From the NCBI GenBank assembly GCA_963734545.1, contig CAVTHO010000008.1:96001-160000 (forward strand): a stretch of DNA of 64,000 nt, written 5' to 3'. Positions within the stretch are counted from its first letter, which is position 1, and each line of letters opens with the position of its first letter. Below the pieces are notes generated by a model. That model saw nothing but the letters and a program-made list of their open reading frames with translations, was not told the DNA's origin and made no database searches. Of the stretch, positions 17,120-26,828 are shown piece after piece. The DNA comes from an uncultured Spirochaetota bacterium (GTDB lineage: Bacteria; Spirochaetota; Spirochaetia; SZUA-6; Fen-1364). The position numbers were made by a program, and so were the translations under genes.

Positions 17120-19024
17120 ATGGAAGGGAGCACGAGCCCTTCGGACCGGTTCGGCCTCATCAAGCCCAGCGTGGATGCGCACGTGCTGGGAGTCACCTCG
17201 ATCGGAGAATTGCTCGTCGAATGCGGCAAAGAGGTGGCCTATGCCCCCGCGGAGGTGTGCCGCGCCTGTGACAGGCCCGAAGGGGAACGCGAGTCCGCCG
17301 CAATCGAAACATGGATTCGCGGCGAGCGGATCACGCAGCTCGGGTTCTCCTACCGCCTGAGCCCGGAAGACGGCGTGGAGCTTCTTGCGCGCCTCACGCG
17401 CCAGCTCGAGCGCCGCTCGTTGTTTGCAGACCAGGGAGGGATGGTGCGCGCGCTCTATTTCGCCGGCCTCCCCGCCGCATGCCGGCTGGCCAAGGAGCGG
17501 GTGCCCCGGATCGCGGCGGTCTTCGACGGGGAGGAAACTCCCCAGGAAACCCTTGCACGGCTCGGCATGCGGCGCGCCGCCCTGCCCGAAGAGTCGGCGC
17601 GCGCGCTGGCGTATGACAGTGACAGGCTCGCGTTCGGTGAAGAGATAGTCCGCAGGGCGGACTACCTCGCACTGCCTCCGCTCGACCGGAGCGGCTACCC
17701 GGGATTCGGAAAGGCAGAAGACAGCGTCCGTGCACGGCTCGGCCACGCCGCGCTGGCGGGGGCGCTCCCCCTGTATCGTGCCCACATGGGAGAGTACCTG
17801 CCGGACCGGGAAGAAGCGGTCAGACGCTTCCTCCAGTGGACCCGGGAGATGGCCGCCCGGGGTCACCTCGATGTCCTCTCCATCGGGAGCTCGCAGCTCT
17901 CCCAGTCCAGGTTCGGAGAGGACTGGGGTGACAGCACCAACGGCGGCGGGGTGCCGCTGAGCTCTCCCGAGGAGTTTGCCGCCGCATGGGCCGCGGCGCG
18001 CCCCATGCTCGTCCGCTCGTATGCCGGCACCAGGAACCTGGCGGCAATGGCGCGGATGAACGAGGAGACGATCCACAACGCGTGGCATGCCCTGTCGATC
18101 TGGTGGTTCTGCAAAACGGACAACCGTGGTCCCTATCCGCTGCGGGAAAACCTCGACCAGATGCTCGCCGCCCTTCGCTATATCGCGTCGGTCGGCACAC
18201 CCTTTGAGCCGAATGTTCCCCACCACTTCGCCTTCCGCGGCGCCGATGACGCGACGTATGTCATTTCGGGCTACGTCGCTGCCCGGGCCGCGAAGGCGGC
18301 GGGCGTCCGCTGCCTGATCGCGCAGAACATGTTGAACACGCCGAAGTACACCTGGGGCGTGCAGGACCTGGCAAAGTCCCGGGCGCTCCTGCGCCTTCTC
18401 CGCGGTCTGGAAGACAACACCTTCACCGTTGTCCTGGAAACCCGGGCCGGCCTCGACTACCTTTCCGCGGACCCCTTCAGGGCAAAGTCCCAGCTTGCCG
18501 CGGTCTCGGCCCTCATGGACGACATCGAGCCGCGCAATGACGGCAGTCCGCAGATCGTGCACGTGGTGAGCTGGACCGAGGCAACTCGATTTGCCGATCC
18601 TTCCGTGATTGCCGAAAGCGTTCAGATTTCCAGGCAGGCTCTGGCCGAGTACCGCAGACTGCGGAGGAAGGGACTCATCGACGACATGACGGAAAGCCGC
18701 GAAGCGAATGCCCGCACCGAGGAGCTCGTGGTGGAATGCCGTGCCGTCATTCAGGCAATCGAGAGGTCGATCCCTGATGCATGGACCGCGGCCTCTGCGT
18801 TGTACCGCATGTTTGCCGCCGGCTTCCTCCCGGTCCCGTACCTCTGGGAGTGCAGGGAGGAGCTCACCGGGGCAGTGGACTGGCGCACACGCCTCATCAA
18901 GGGCTCGGTGCGTCTTGTGGATGAGAGGGGAATCCCTTTGACGGCGGCACAGCGTATTGAAAAAGCCCTTCACAACCTGCGGACCCTTCCCCGGTCGAGT
19001 GCCCTCCATGCCGCGGAACAATGA
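17120..19024 (+). CDS. Cobalamin-binding protein, fused glutamate-mutase S+E-like
   Basis: DAHVLG (DxHxxG), GFSYRL and YFAG in the B12 domain; C-terminal TIM-barrel with GlmE-like segments. Confidence 0.7.
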   Translation: MEGSTSPSDRFGLIKPSVDAHVLGVTSIGELLVECGKEVAYAPAEVCRACDRPEGERESAAIETWIRGERITQLGFSYRLSPEDGVELLARLTRQLERRSLFADQGGMVRALYFAGLPAACRLAKERVPRIAAVFDGEETPQETLARLGMRRAALPEESARALAYDSDRLAFGEEIVRRADYLALPPLDRSGYPGFGKAEDSVRARLGHAALAGALPLYRAHMGEYLPDREEAVRRFLQWTREMAARGHLDVLSIGSSQLSQSRFGEDWGDSTNGGGVPLSSPEEFAAAWAAARPMLVRSYAGTRNLAAMARMNEETIHNAWHALSIWWFCKTDNRGPYPLRENLDQMLAALRYIASVGTPFEPNVPHHFAFRGADDATYVISGYVAARAAKAAGVRCLIAQNMLNTPKYTWGVQDLAKSRALLRLLRGLEDNTFTVVLETRAGLDYLSADPFRAKSQLAAVSALMDDIEPRNDGSPQIVHVVSWTEATRFADPSVIAESVQISRQALAEYRRLRRKGLIDDMTESREANARTEELVVECRAVIQAIERSIPDAWTAASALYRMFAAGFLPVPYLWECREELTGAVDWRTRLIKGSVRLVDERGIPLTAAQRIEKALHNLRTLPRSSALHAAEQ

Positions 19025-20201
19025 GCGCCGGGCCCGGCGCGGTGCGGATGCGCGCCTGATTGTCCGGCTTCGGCAGGTGCGCGCAAAAGGTACGGCCGCC
19101 TCCTATTGCGTGATCGGGGCGGGCCACGGCGGGCTCGCCATGGCCGGACACCTCGGCATCCTCGGTTATCCGGTGAACCTCTACAACCGGACGGACGAGA
19201 AACTGGACGGCGTACGCTGGCACGGCGGGATCAAGGTCGGCGGGGCGGTCACCGGCTTCGGCCCGGTCAGGATTGCCACATCCAACATGCGCGAGGCGAT
19301 AGAGGGCGTGGACGTGGTGATGGTTGTCACCCCCTCCACGGCGCACCGCAGCCTCGCCTCCATCATGGCCCCGCTCCTCAGCGACGGGCAGCTCGTCGTG
19401 CTGAACCCGGGCAGGACAGGCGGGGCGCTGGAGCTCCGCAAGGTGTTCCAGGACGCGGGCATGAGCGCCGCGGCCCTCGTGGCGGAGACCCAGACGTTCC
19501 TCTACGCCTCCCGCGCTCTCTCCCGATGGGAGGCCCACATCTTTCGGATCAAGAACGCGGTCCCGTTCGCGACCCTGCCCTCGTTCTGGATACCCGAGGC
19601 GCTCGGGATCCTGAACGGCCCGTTTCCGCAGTTCGTGGCGGGCAGCAATGTCCTGGCGACCAGCCTGGAGAATATCGGCGCGGTCTTTCACCCCGCACTG
19701 ACCATCATGAATGCGAGCTGGATCGAGGCAACGCACGGCGATTTCGACTACTACCTCCAGGGCATCACGCCGTCTGTGGCGAAGATCCTGGAACGAATCG
19801 ACGCGGAGCGCCTTGCGGTGGCTTCCGCGGTGGGCGTCCGCAGCGTCTCGGCCCGGGAATGGCTGTACCTCAGCTACGACTCCCCCGGCAAGGACCTCTA
19901 CGAGGCAATCATGAACACGGGAAGCTACAGGGGCATCAAGGCGCCGCCGAGCATCGATCACCGCTACATCTCGGAGGACGTCCCCATGAGCCTTGTACCC
20001 CTCTCGTCCCTGGGCGCGACGCTCGGCGTGCCCACCCCGGCAATCGACATGATCATTCAGCTCGGTTCGATTCTCCATTCGACCGACTACCGGGCCATCG
20101 GTCGGACCGTGGAAAGCCTCGGGCTCGCCGGCCTCTCGGTCAAGCAGGTACGGCAAATGGTGGCAGGCGCGGGTCGTTCGCGCCTTCAGAAGGGAGCGTG
20201 A
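19008..20201 (+). CDS. NAD/NADP octopine/nopaline (opine) dehydrogenase family protein
   Basis: IGAGHGG, LNPGRTGGA, NIGAVFHP, IDAERLAV, HRYISEDVP and GRTVESLGL motifs. Confidence 0.88.
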   Translation: MPRNNERRARRGADARLIVRLRQVRAKGTAASYCVIGAGHGGLAMAGHLGILGYPVNLYNRTDEKLDGVRWHGGIKVGGAVTGFGPVRIATSNMREAIEGVDVVMVVTPSTAHRSLASIMAPLLSDGQLVVLNPGRTGGALELRKVFQDAGMSAAALVAETQTFLYASRALSRWEAHIFRIKNAVPFATLPSFWIPEALGILNGPFPQFVAGSNVLATSLENIGAVFHPALTIMNASWIEATHGDFDYYLQGITPSVAKILERIDAERLAVASAVGVRSVSAREWLYLSYDSPGKDLYEAIMNTGSYRGIKAPPSIDHRYISEDVPMSLVPLSSLGATLGVPTPAIDMIIQLGSILHSTDYRAIGRTVESLGLAGLSVKQVRQMVAGAGRSRLQKGA

Positions 20202-20203
20202 AG

Positions 20204-20890
20204 ATGCAGGAAACCCTTTCTTCGATCGCCGCATTCGTGGGATCACTCCCGTCGGGGGTCAAGGCGCTGCTCGTGCTCTTCGGCGGCTGGCTGGCGGCAT
20301 ACCTGCTGCGGCTCATCCTGTCATGGCTGCTCGCTCTTGTCCGGTTCAACACATTCTGCGACAAGGTGGGGATCTCGGAGTTCCTCCGCAAGGGTCAGGT
20401 CATCTACCAGCCGTCCCGGCTGGCGGGGATCATTGCCTACTGGACCGTCCTGCTTATTGCATTGTTCCAGATTGCGCGGATCCTCGATATCAAGGTCGTG
20501 ACGTCATTTTCCGACAGGCTTGCCTCCACCGTGCCGGGGCTGCTCGCCGCGGTCTTCATCGGCATCATCGGCCTGGTCATGATTTCCTTCATCGGCAACT
20601 TCGTCATGACGGTGACGCGAACCGCCGGACTCCCGCATGCTGCCCTCCTTGCGCGGGTCGTCAAGACAGCCGGCTATGTCCTGGTCCTTGGTCTTGCGCT
20701 CGAGCAGATCGACCTGAGCAAGACAATGATCAGCTCCATGCTGCAGATCCTTTTCGCGGCAGTATCGTTCGGTCTTGCATTGGCCTTCGGGCTGGGCTGC
20801 AAGGACATGGCGCGTGACGCGGCCACGAGGTTCCTTCAGAATCTGAGAGAGAAGCGGCGCACCGACGGCCGCGCGGACCTCGAAGGATGA
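20204..20890 (+). CDS. TM-helix-repeat (CmpX/MscS-associated) membrane protein
   Basis: Hydrophobic repeats and GLALAFGLGCKD; similar to 29723-30610. Confidence 0.75.
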   Translation: MQETLSSIAAFVGSLPSGVKALLVLFGGWLAAYLLRLILSWLLALVRFNTFCDKVGISEFLRKGQVIYQPSRLAGIIAYWTVLLIALFQIARILDIKVVTSFSDRLASTVPGLLAAVFIGIIGLVMISFIGNFVMTVTRTAGLPHAALLARVVKTAGYVLVLGLALEQIDLSKTMISSMLQILFAAVSFGLALAFGLGCKDMARDAATRFLQNLREKRRTDGRADLEG

Positions 20891-21013
20891 GTCCCGCCGA
20901 GGCGGCTTCATAGGCGCGCCCTCACGCACTCCCGGCCGGACCCCCGCCGAGGCATGGCAGGTGAGCCCCGCGCGGCGGAGAAGTGTTGTCACGATGGGGC
21001 CGAGTCTGCTTGA

Positions 21014-22732
21014 ATGGGACCAATGGGACCTTCCCTCTCTTCTCTTCGCCGTTTGCCGGAGAACACACGGAGCATCATCAATTCGGTTCTCTACGCGGTA
21101 ACTGCCGCCGGTTCCGCGGTCGCGTTTCTATGGCTGACCAATCTCCTTTTCCGGGCGACGATCGAGCGGCTGGCAGCCGGCTCGGTCCTTCTGTTTGTGC
21201 TGGGGAGCCTCGGCGTGATCAGCGTCACGTCCATTGGCGCGGGGGTTCTCATGAGCATGGTCAGCCCGGAGTCTGCCGGCAGCGGAGTACCCCAGCTTAA
21301 GGCCGCATACTGGAAGGATCTGGGTTTTGTCAGACTGCGCTCCGTTGTGGTGAAGTTCGTAGGCGGGGTTCTGACCCTCGGTGGTGGAACGAGCCTCGGA
21401 CGCGAAGGGCCGTCCGTCTACGTGGGCGGCGGTGTCGCGTCAAGCATCGCAGCGGCACTCGGGGTCCCCAAGACGGCCCGACGATTGCCGTCAGCCACAG
21501 GCGCCGCAGCGGCCCTCGCGGCTGCGTTCAACACCCCGCTGGCGGCCATCACTTTCGTACTGGAGGAGATGCTCAACAACGAGTTCGGGAGCCGGGTTCT
21601 GGGCGGCGTGGTTCTTGCCGCAGTCTCCGGAGCGCTGATTGTGCAAGCGTTTCTCGGTCGGCAGCCGGCGTTTTCCCTTCCCGCCGTGGAGGGAGTGACG
21701 TGGCTGATGTACCTCATCCTGCCGATCGTTGCCGGGGTGGCATCACTGATCGGCGTGGCGTTTCAAAGCCTCACCCTCTTCCTGAGGGCGCGAGTGCGCG
21801 ACCGCAGCCGTCTACCGTCATGGCTTCGCCCCCTCTGCGGGGCTCTGGTCACATGGGTCCTCGGATGCGCGGTTTTCATCGCCAACGGGCATACGGGTGT
21901 CTTCAGTCTCGGCTACGGCGACCTGTCCCTTGCCCTCAACAACGGTCTGCTCTGGCAGGCGGCCGGTCTCCTTGTGGCGGCCAAGTTCGTCGCGACCGTG
22001 GCGTCGTATGCGTGGGGCGGCTGCGGGGGAATCTTCTCACCCACACTGTTCCTCGGAGGGCTTACAGGCTTTTTTCTTGCAGGAGTGGCAGGGACATGGA
22101 TCCCCCTTACGGCTGCTGACAGGATCGTGCTTGCGGCCGTCGGCATGAGCGCGTGCTTCAACGCGGTGGTGCGGGCTCCGCTCACCGCCCTGCTGATCGT
22201 CTTCGAGATGACTCATCAGTTTTCGATGGTCCCCGGTCTCATGTTCTGCTCGATCGTCAGCCAGGCGATTGCGCGGCTCGGAGGCCGCCACAACTTCTAC
22301 GATGCGCTTCTCCTTCAAGATGGACACGAACTCATCCGCATCAAGCCGCCGCGGGACCTGGAGAGCTGGCAGAAGCTTCCGGTGTCGGAGATCGCCCGTA
22401 CACGCCCTGTGGTGCTGCCGGACCTGGAGCGATCGACGATCCAGGGCTTCCTCGAGTCCTACCCCTATCAGCGATTCCCCGTGATCATGCGCGGTGTGAT
22501 CAGCGGCATCGTGAGCCGCCAGGAGCTGAAGACCGCGCTGGCATCAAATGCAATCCCGCGCCTGGCAACCCCGGTGCTGTGCTCTCCAGGGGCCAGCGTG
22601 CGCGAGGCCGGGGCTCTGCTGATGGAAAGCAGCGCCGGCATGGTACTGATCCGGGACGATTCGACGGGGGATATCTCCTCGGTCGTTACCCTCCATGATC
22701 TGCTTCGCGCCCAGGCAGCACTGGCCGAGTAG
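21014..22732 (+). CDS. ClC chloride channel/antiporter with CBS domains
   Basis: GSGVP, GREGP, AAFNTP, GGIFSP and FEMT motifs; C-terminal CBS pair. Confidence 0.9.
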   Translation: MGPMGPSLSSLRRLPENTRSIINSVLYAVTAAGSAVAFLWLTNLLFRATIERLAAGSVLLFVLGSLGVISVTSIGAGVLMSMVSPESAGSGVPQLKAAYWKDLGFVRLRSVVVKFVGGVLTLGGGTSLGREGPSVYVGGGVASSIAAALGVPKTARRLPSATGAAAALAAAFNTPLAAITFVLEEMLNNEFGSRVLGGVVLAAVSGALIVQAFLGRQPAFSLPAVEGVTWLMYLILPIVAGVASLIGVAFQSLTLFLRARVRDRSRLPSWLRPLCGALVTWVLGCAVFIANGHTGVFSLGYGDLSLALNNGLLWQAAGLLVAAKFVATVASYAWGGCGGIFSPTLFLGGLTGFFLAGVAGTWIPLTAADRIVLAAVGMSACFNAVVRAPLTALLIVFEMTHQFSMVPGLMFCSIVSQAIARLGGRHNFYDALLLQDGHELIRIKPPRDLESWQKLPVSEIARTRPVVLPDLERSTIQGFLESYPYQRFPVIMRGVISGIVSRQELKTALASNAIPRLATPVLCSPGASVREAGALLMESSAGMVLIRDDSTGDISSVVTLHDLLRAQAALAE

Positions 22733-22857
22733 AAACACCAGGCCCCGAAAAGCCTCAGAGGAGAAGGAGCCTGATCCCCAGCCGCGCCTTCTCAGAAGAG
22801 CTGACGCGCGGGCCTTCGCGCAAACCCGGCCGCCTGCCGGCCGTCCGGGAGAGTATT

Positions 22858-23051
22858 TCGATCATCCACGGTATCGGGCCCCAGAAGTACGAGAGGAATT
22901 TCAGGAAAGGATTGGTCTTCTTTTCTTCAAGCTCGTTCGGACCATACTGGGTCAGCCGCTTCTGCGCGTCGGCTTGACTGAGGCCGTCCGCTGTGGACCC
23001 CAGCGCCGCCTGCAGCTCGGTCATGGAGACGGTCTTCAGATCGTCCTTCAC
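22858..23051 (-). pseudogene. Truncated duplicate of the P3A H+-ATPase N-terminus
   Basis: VKDDLK...YGPNELEEKKTNPFLKFLSYFWGPIPWMIE nearly identical to 2398-2592, followed by unrelated sequence. Confidence 0.85.
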
Positions 23052-23055
23052 AATA

Positions 23056-23424
23056 CTACTCCTCTGAAAGCTTCTCTTCCGGCAGGGCGGGGTCAGTGCG
23101 GCGACTCCGTTGCTCATGCAGCCTTCCGAGCGTGTGCTCGAGCAACCGGATGAGCTTGTCCACTGCGCCGTCGACGGCTTGCTCCACGGTCGCCGCATGA
23201 TGAGTGATCGCGGTGGGCTGATGGTTTTCGAGGCGGGCTTCCATCACGCAGCGTATTGCGTCCTTGCCCCCTTTCTTGTCGCTGTTCTCATCGCTGAGAT
23301 GGACTTCCACCCGCGTGACGTGCTCGCTGATATGGCCCAGGACGCCCTCAACCAGGCTGCTGACGTGAGCGGCCAGCGCCTCATGGCCTTCGATGTTGTG
23401 GTCGGTATTCACCTGGATCTGCAT
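23056..23424 (-). CDS. HPF/RaiA family protein (copy 2)
   Basis: 12 differences in 122 aa relative to 2597-2965 (manual count). Confidence 0.85.
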   Translation of the reverse strand: MQIQVNTDHNIEGHEALAAHVSSLVEGVLGHISEHVTRVEVHLSDENSDKKGGKDAIRCVMEARLENHQPTAITHHAATVEQAVDGAVDKLIRLLEHTLGRLHEQRSRRTDPALPEEKLSEE

Positions 23425-23532
23425 GGTATTCTCCTTTGTTATGATTCAGTCCTATTCACAGTGAAATGCTGGTCCGGGCACCAACTCCTTCCAATATAAC
23501 AAGGCGGATAAAGCTCCGGTGCCGTCTGTACT

Positions 23533-23616
23533 CGCCTTCTTACGGACACTGCGCAGCCAGAAGGACTACCTGAAGGACACGCAATACATCTTCCCCTGGG
23601 GGTCGCCATTACGGAA
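23533..23616 (+). pseudogene. Inverted, internally deleted micro-remnant of the GT4 gene
   Basis: Nucleotide similarity to the reverse complements of 4490-4546 and 4397-4426, joined directly. Confidence 0.7.
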
Positions 23617-23647
23617 CGCCTAAGAGAGCCCGGTAATCCCCGTACCG

Positions 23648-24880
23648 CTACTCGACCCGCACCCCCAGGGACCGGGATATGTTCAATCCAGACGCCCGAC
23701 GCGTGGGCAGGAGGCTGCCCGCCAGGGCGGTTGCGACGCCCACCCCTGCAGCTGTCAGAAAGTCCGACAGCCGGTAATCGCCAGTGAAACGATGGCCGAA
23801 GGGAATCGGCATCTCCAGGGACGTGCTTGAGAAGTCGAACCCGACCTGCTGCATGTAAAGTGCACAGAGGCCCCCGAGCAGGCACCCGATGGCAGCCGCC
23901 ACGACCGCAAGTGAAGCGGCCTCGGACATGAAAAGGAATGTGAGCTGGGACCGCCGGATGCCTATGGCCCTCAGGGTGCCGATCTCGCGGGTCCGTTCCT
24001 GAACAGACATCGACATCGAGTTGAGCATCCCGATGATGATCAGAAGGAAGATGACCAGGAAAACAATCCAGAACCCGCCGATGTCGGCCGAAGTAGCGGT
24101 TACTATGGCCGCGGCAAACCTGCGCCACGAGTACGCAACGTTGCCAGTCCCGGCCAGGTTTTTCCCGATGGAGGCCAGCGCCGTGGTTTCTGACGCCTCT
24201 TCCTTCAACCGGACGACAAGCCGGGTCGCGGCGTCCGTCATTCCAAGGAGCCCACGCGCCGTGGTCAAATCCACCAGAACCAGATTCTCATCCATGGAGG
24301 GATATCCGAAACGGAAAATCCCCTGGACCGGAATCTCGACGTAGTTCTGCACCGAGTACTTGTCCACGGCGGAAAGGGCAATCAACTGTCCTGCCTTCAC
24401 GCCGAGCTTTGCGGCCAAGGGGGCTCCAAGGAGCACTCCGCCGTTGTCCGCTGACAGGTACTTTCCCCCGGTGACGAACTCGCGAACCGCCGTCACGCGC
24501 GCCTCCGCCTCGGGATCGATGGCCCGGCCGAGCACCCGTACGGTACCCGCCTGGGTCCCCACCGTGGCACTGAAATCAATGCGGGGCGCAGCGGCGGCGA
24601 CCAACGGGTCGCGTTCGATCCGAAGGGCGGCCGAGTCCGCGTCCGGTATCTCGATGTCGAGCGGCAGCCGGCGTTCCTGGTCGAGGTATCCCTCGCGAAG
24701 CACCTGCAGGTCTCCCGTCTCCAGCCTCCTCACGCCGCTGTAAATCGTCGTGGAGTAGCCGCGGATCCATCCGAGGCCGAAGATCATCAACGCCATGCCG
24801 ATGGAGAGAGCAGTGATGTTGAGGATGCTGCGCCTCGGGTTGCGCGCAATATTGCGGAAGCCGACCAGCAGGATCTCCAT
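23648..24880 (-). CDS. ABC transporter permease (FtsX/LolE-like)
   Basis: RNPRRS and ERTREIGTLRAIG; MacB/FtsX topology. Confidence 0.88.
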   Translation of the reverse strand: MEILLVGFRNIARNPRRSILNITALSIGMALMIFGLGWIRGYSTTIYSGVRRLETGDLQVLREGYLDQERRLPLDIEIPDADSAALRIERDPLVAAAAPRIDFSATVGTQAGTVRVLGRAIDPEAEARVTAVREFVTGGKYLSADNGGVLLGAPLAAKLGVKAGQLIALSAVDKYSVQNYVEIPVQGIFRFGYPSMDENLVLVDLTTARGLLGMTDAATRLVVRLKEEASETTALASIGKNLAGTGNVAYSWRRFAAAIVTATSADIGGFWIVFLVIFLLIIIGMLNSMSMSVQERTREIGTLRAIGIRRSQLTFLFMSEAASLAVVAAAIGCLLGGLCALYMQQVGFDFSSTSLEMPIPFGHRFTGDYRLSDFLTAAGVGVATALAGSLLPTRRASGLNISRSLGVRVE

Positions 24881-24881
24881 G

Positions 24882-26126
24882 TCATCCTCCCTGTTCGAGT
24901 GATTCGATGAGCCGCAGCCGTACGCTCACGAACGCCCCGTAGAGATAGCCGGCCCCGGCGATGAGCACACCGGCGAGGAAATCGGCGACCGCGCCACGCG
25001 CATTCAAGGCAAAGTGGTAGGTCGTGCCGGTGCCCAGGGCCTTGGACACCGCACCGACGTTCAAGCCGTGGATCTCGAAGTAGATCACGAGCGGCAATCC
25101 GACGGCCAGCCCGAGCGCGCTCCCGATGAGTCCCAGCAGGGCTCCCTCTTCGAGGATGATCCCGAAGAGCTGCCGGCGCTTCAAGCCGATTGCGCGGAGG
25201 GTGCCGAAGGTCGGAATGCGCTGGAAAATGGTCATCAGGACGCTGCTCGTGATGACCGTGCCGGCAACGATGATGACGATGAGGTTGATGACGGCCGTGT
25301 AGAGGTCTCCCAGTCGGATGAGGGCGATCAGCCCTCCCTGGATGTCCCGCCAGGTCTGAATGGAGGGGCCTTCCCCGGCGAGCAGGGACGAGAGGTGCCG
25401 TGAAACCAGCGGCGCATCGTCGGGATCCTTCAACGCAACTCTTACCTCCGTGGCCGCCCCCGGCAGGTCAAGCAGCTCCCGGGCATCCCGCAGGCTCATG
25501 AAGAAGACAAAGTCGTCGGTTTCAGGGACCCCGGAGCTGAAAATACCGGTAAGCCGATAGCTGAGATAGTACGGGCTGCCCGCGCTGTCCTCCACAAGCA
25601 CCACCACCTGGTCCCCGAGCTTCACGTCCAGAAGCCCGGCGATGCCCCGGGACACCGCAATCCCGGAGCGCACGCCCGCTTGGCCGCCCTGCGGGAGGAA
25701 TGATCCCGCCGTGAACCCGGTTCGAACCCGGGCAAAGAACCGGGTCCCCGGCTCAACACCCCGGCCCGCCATGGCCACGTTGCGCTCCCCGTGGACCAGG
25801 AGCGCGCCGAATTGGAGCATCGGCTCCAGATTGTCCAGGCGAGGAGCTATCAGCGGATCCTGCCTGATCGTGGATATCATCTGCTCCGGCTGCTTAAGGA
25901 CATAGTCGAGCGAGTAAGGGTCGAGCCGTTTCGGCCAGCCCCCCGCGTGGATCTGGAGGTGGCCGCTTTCCTGCAGGAGGTCCGAGAAAAAGGAGACGCG
26001 CAGTCCCCCCATCATGCCCTCTACAAAAATCATGACGACGACGGAGAGGAGGACGGCGAGCACGATGATGGCGCTTCTTCGCCGGTGGCTGACGATGCTC
26101 AGGAACGCGAGACGAAGGAAGAACAT
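24882..26126 (-). CDS. ABC transporter permease (FtsX/LolE-like)
   Basis: RRRS, GHLQI and FGTLRAIG motifs. Confidence 0.88.
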   Translation of the reverse strand: MFFLRLAFLSIVSHRRRSAIIVLAVLLSVVVMIFVEGMMGGLRVSFFSDLLQESGHLQIHAGGWPKRLDPYSLDYVLKQPEQMISTIRQDPLIAPRLDNLEPMLQFGALLVHGERNVAMAGRGVEPGTRFFARVRTGFTAGSFLPQGGQAGVRSGIAVSRGIAGLLDVKLGDQVVVLVEDSAGSPYYLSYRLTGIFSSGVPETDDFVFFMSLRDARELLDLPGAATEVRVALKDPDDAPLVSRHLSSLLAGEGPSIQTWRDIQGGLIALIRLGDLYTAVINLIVIIVAGTVITSSVLMTIFQRIPTFGTLRAIGLKRRQLFGIILEEGALLGLIGSALGLAVGLPLVIYFEIHGLNVGAVSKALGTGTTYHFALNARGAVADFLAGVLIAGAGYLYGAFVSVRLRLIESLEQGG

Positions 26127-26821
26127 CAGCGCGCCTCCTCCGGGTCTTCCCTTTCCAGCTCGCCGTCCTTGAGCCGGATGGTACGGGTAGAATACCGCAG
26201 AATGTCGTGGTTGTGTGTGGAGAAGATGAATGTCACGCCATCGCGTTCGTTCAACCTGCGGATGAGGCGCAGAACATCGTCGCCGGTCCGGCTGTCGAGG
26301 TTCGCCGTCGGCTCGTCCGCGATGACGATATCAGGCCGATTGACGAGGGCGCGCGCAATGGCCACGCGCTGCCGCTGGCCTCCGGACAGCTCGGCGGGTT
26401 TGTGCCGCGCGTAGCGCGTCAGTCCGACAGCCTCCAGGAGACCGTCAATGGTCGGCGATCTCCGCGTGGGCGGCACCCGGGCCAGGATCATGGGGAGCTC
26501 CACGTTCTCCCGCACGGACAGGACGGGCACGAGGTTGAAGGTCTGGAAAATGAAGCCGATGCGATTGAGACGGATCTCCGCGAGAGACGCGTCCGAAAGC
26601 GCGCCCACATCCGTGCCGCCGAACAGCAGCGTTCCGCGCGACGGGTTGTCGATGCAGCCCATCATGTTCAGCAGAGTGGTCTTCCCGCACCCGGAAGGGC
26701 CGACAACGGAGAGTACCTCTCCCGGCTGAACCTCCAGGCTGACACCGCGGATGGCGTGGATGGTCGTGGCGCCCAGGGAATAGTCTTTTGCAACCTCGTG
26801 AAGCTCGATGAGCGGCATCAT
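26126..26821 (-). CDS. ABC transporter ATP-binding protein (LolD-like)
   Basis: GPSGCGKT, LSGGQRQR and ADEPTANLD motifs. Confidence 0.92.
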   Translation of the reverse strand: MMPLIELHEVAKDYSLGATTIHAIRGVSLEVQPGEVLSVVGPSGCGKTTLLNMMGCIDNPSRGTLLFGGTDVGALSDASLAEIRLNRIGFIFQTFNLVPVLSVRENVELPMILARVPPTRRSPTIDGLLEAVGLTRYARHKPAELSGGQRQRVAIARALVNRPDIVIADEPTANLDSRTGDDVLRLIRRLNERDGVTFIFSTHNHDILRYSTRTIRLKDGELEREDPEEAR

Positions 26822-26828
26822 TCCTCCT

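Noticed and set aside
17009-19021. 670-aa antisense ORF mirroring the B12 gene (and similar long shadow ORFs such as 54762-56540 and 45864-47249)
   Set aside because: Expected in high-GC coding DNA; no motifs or RBS.
19106-20203. Long N-terminal extension of the CmpX-like ORF (likewise 12645-13241 for gpgS)
   Set aside because: Alternative-frame overlap with a well-supported upstream gene; the real starts have an RBS or stop-start coupling.
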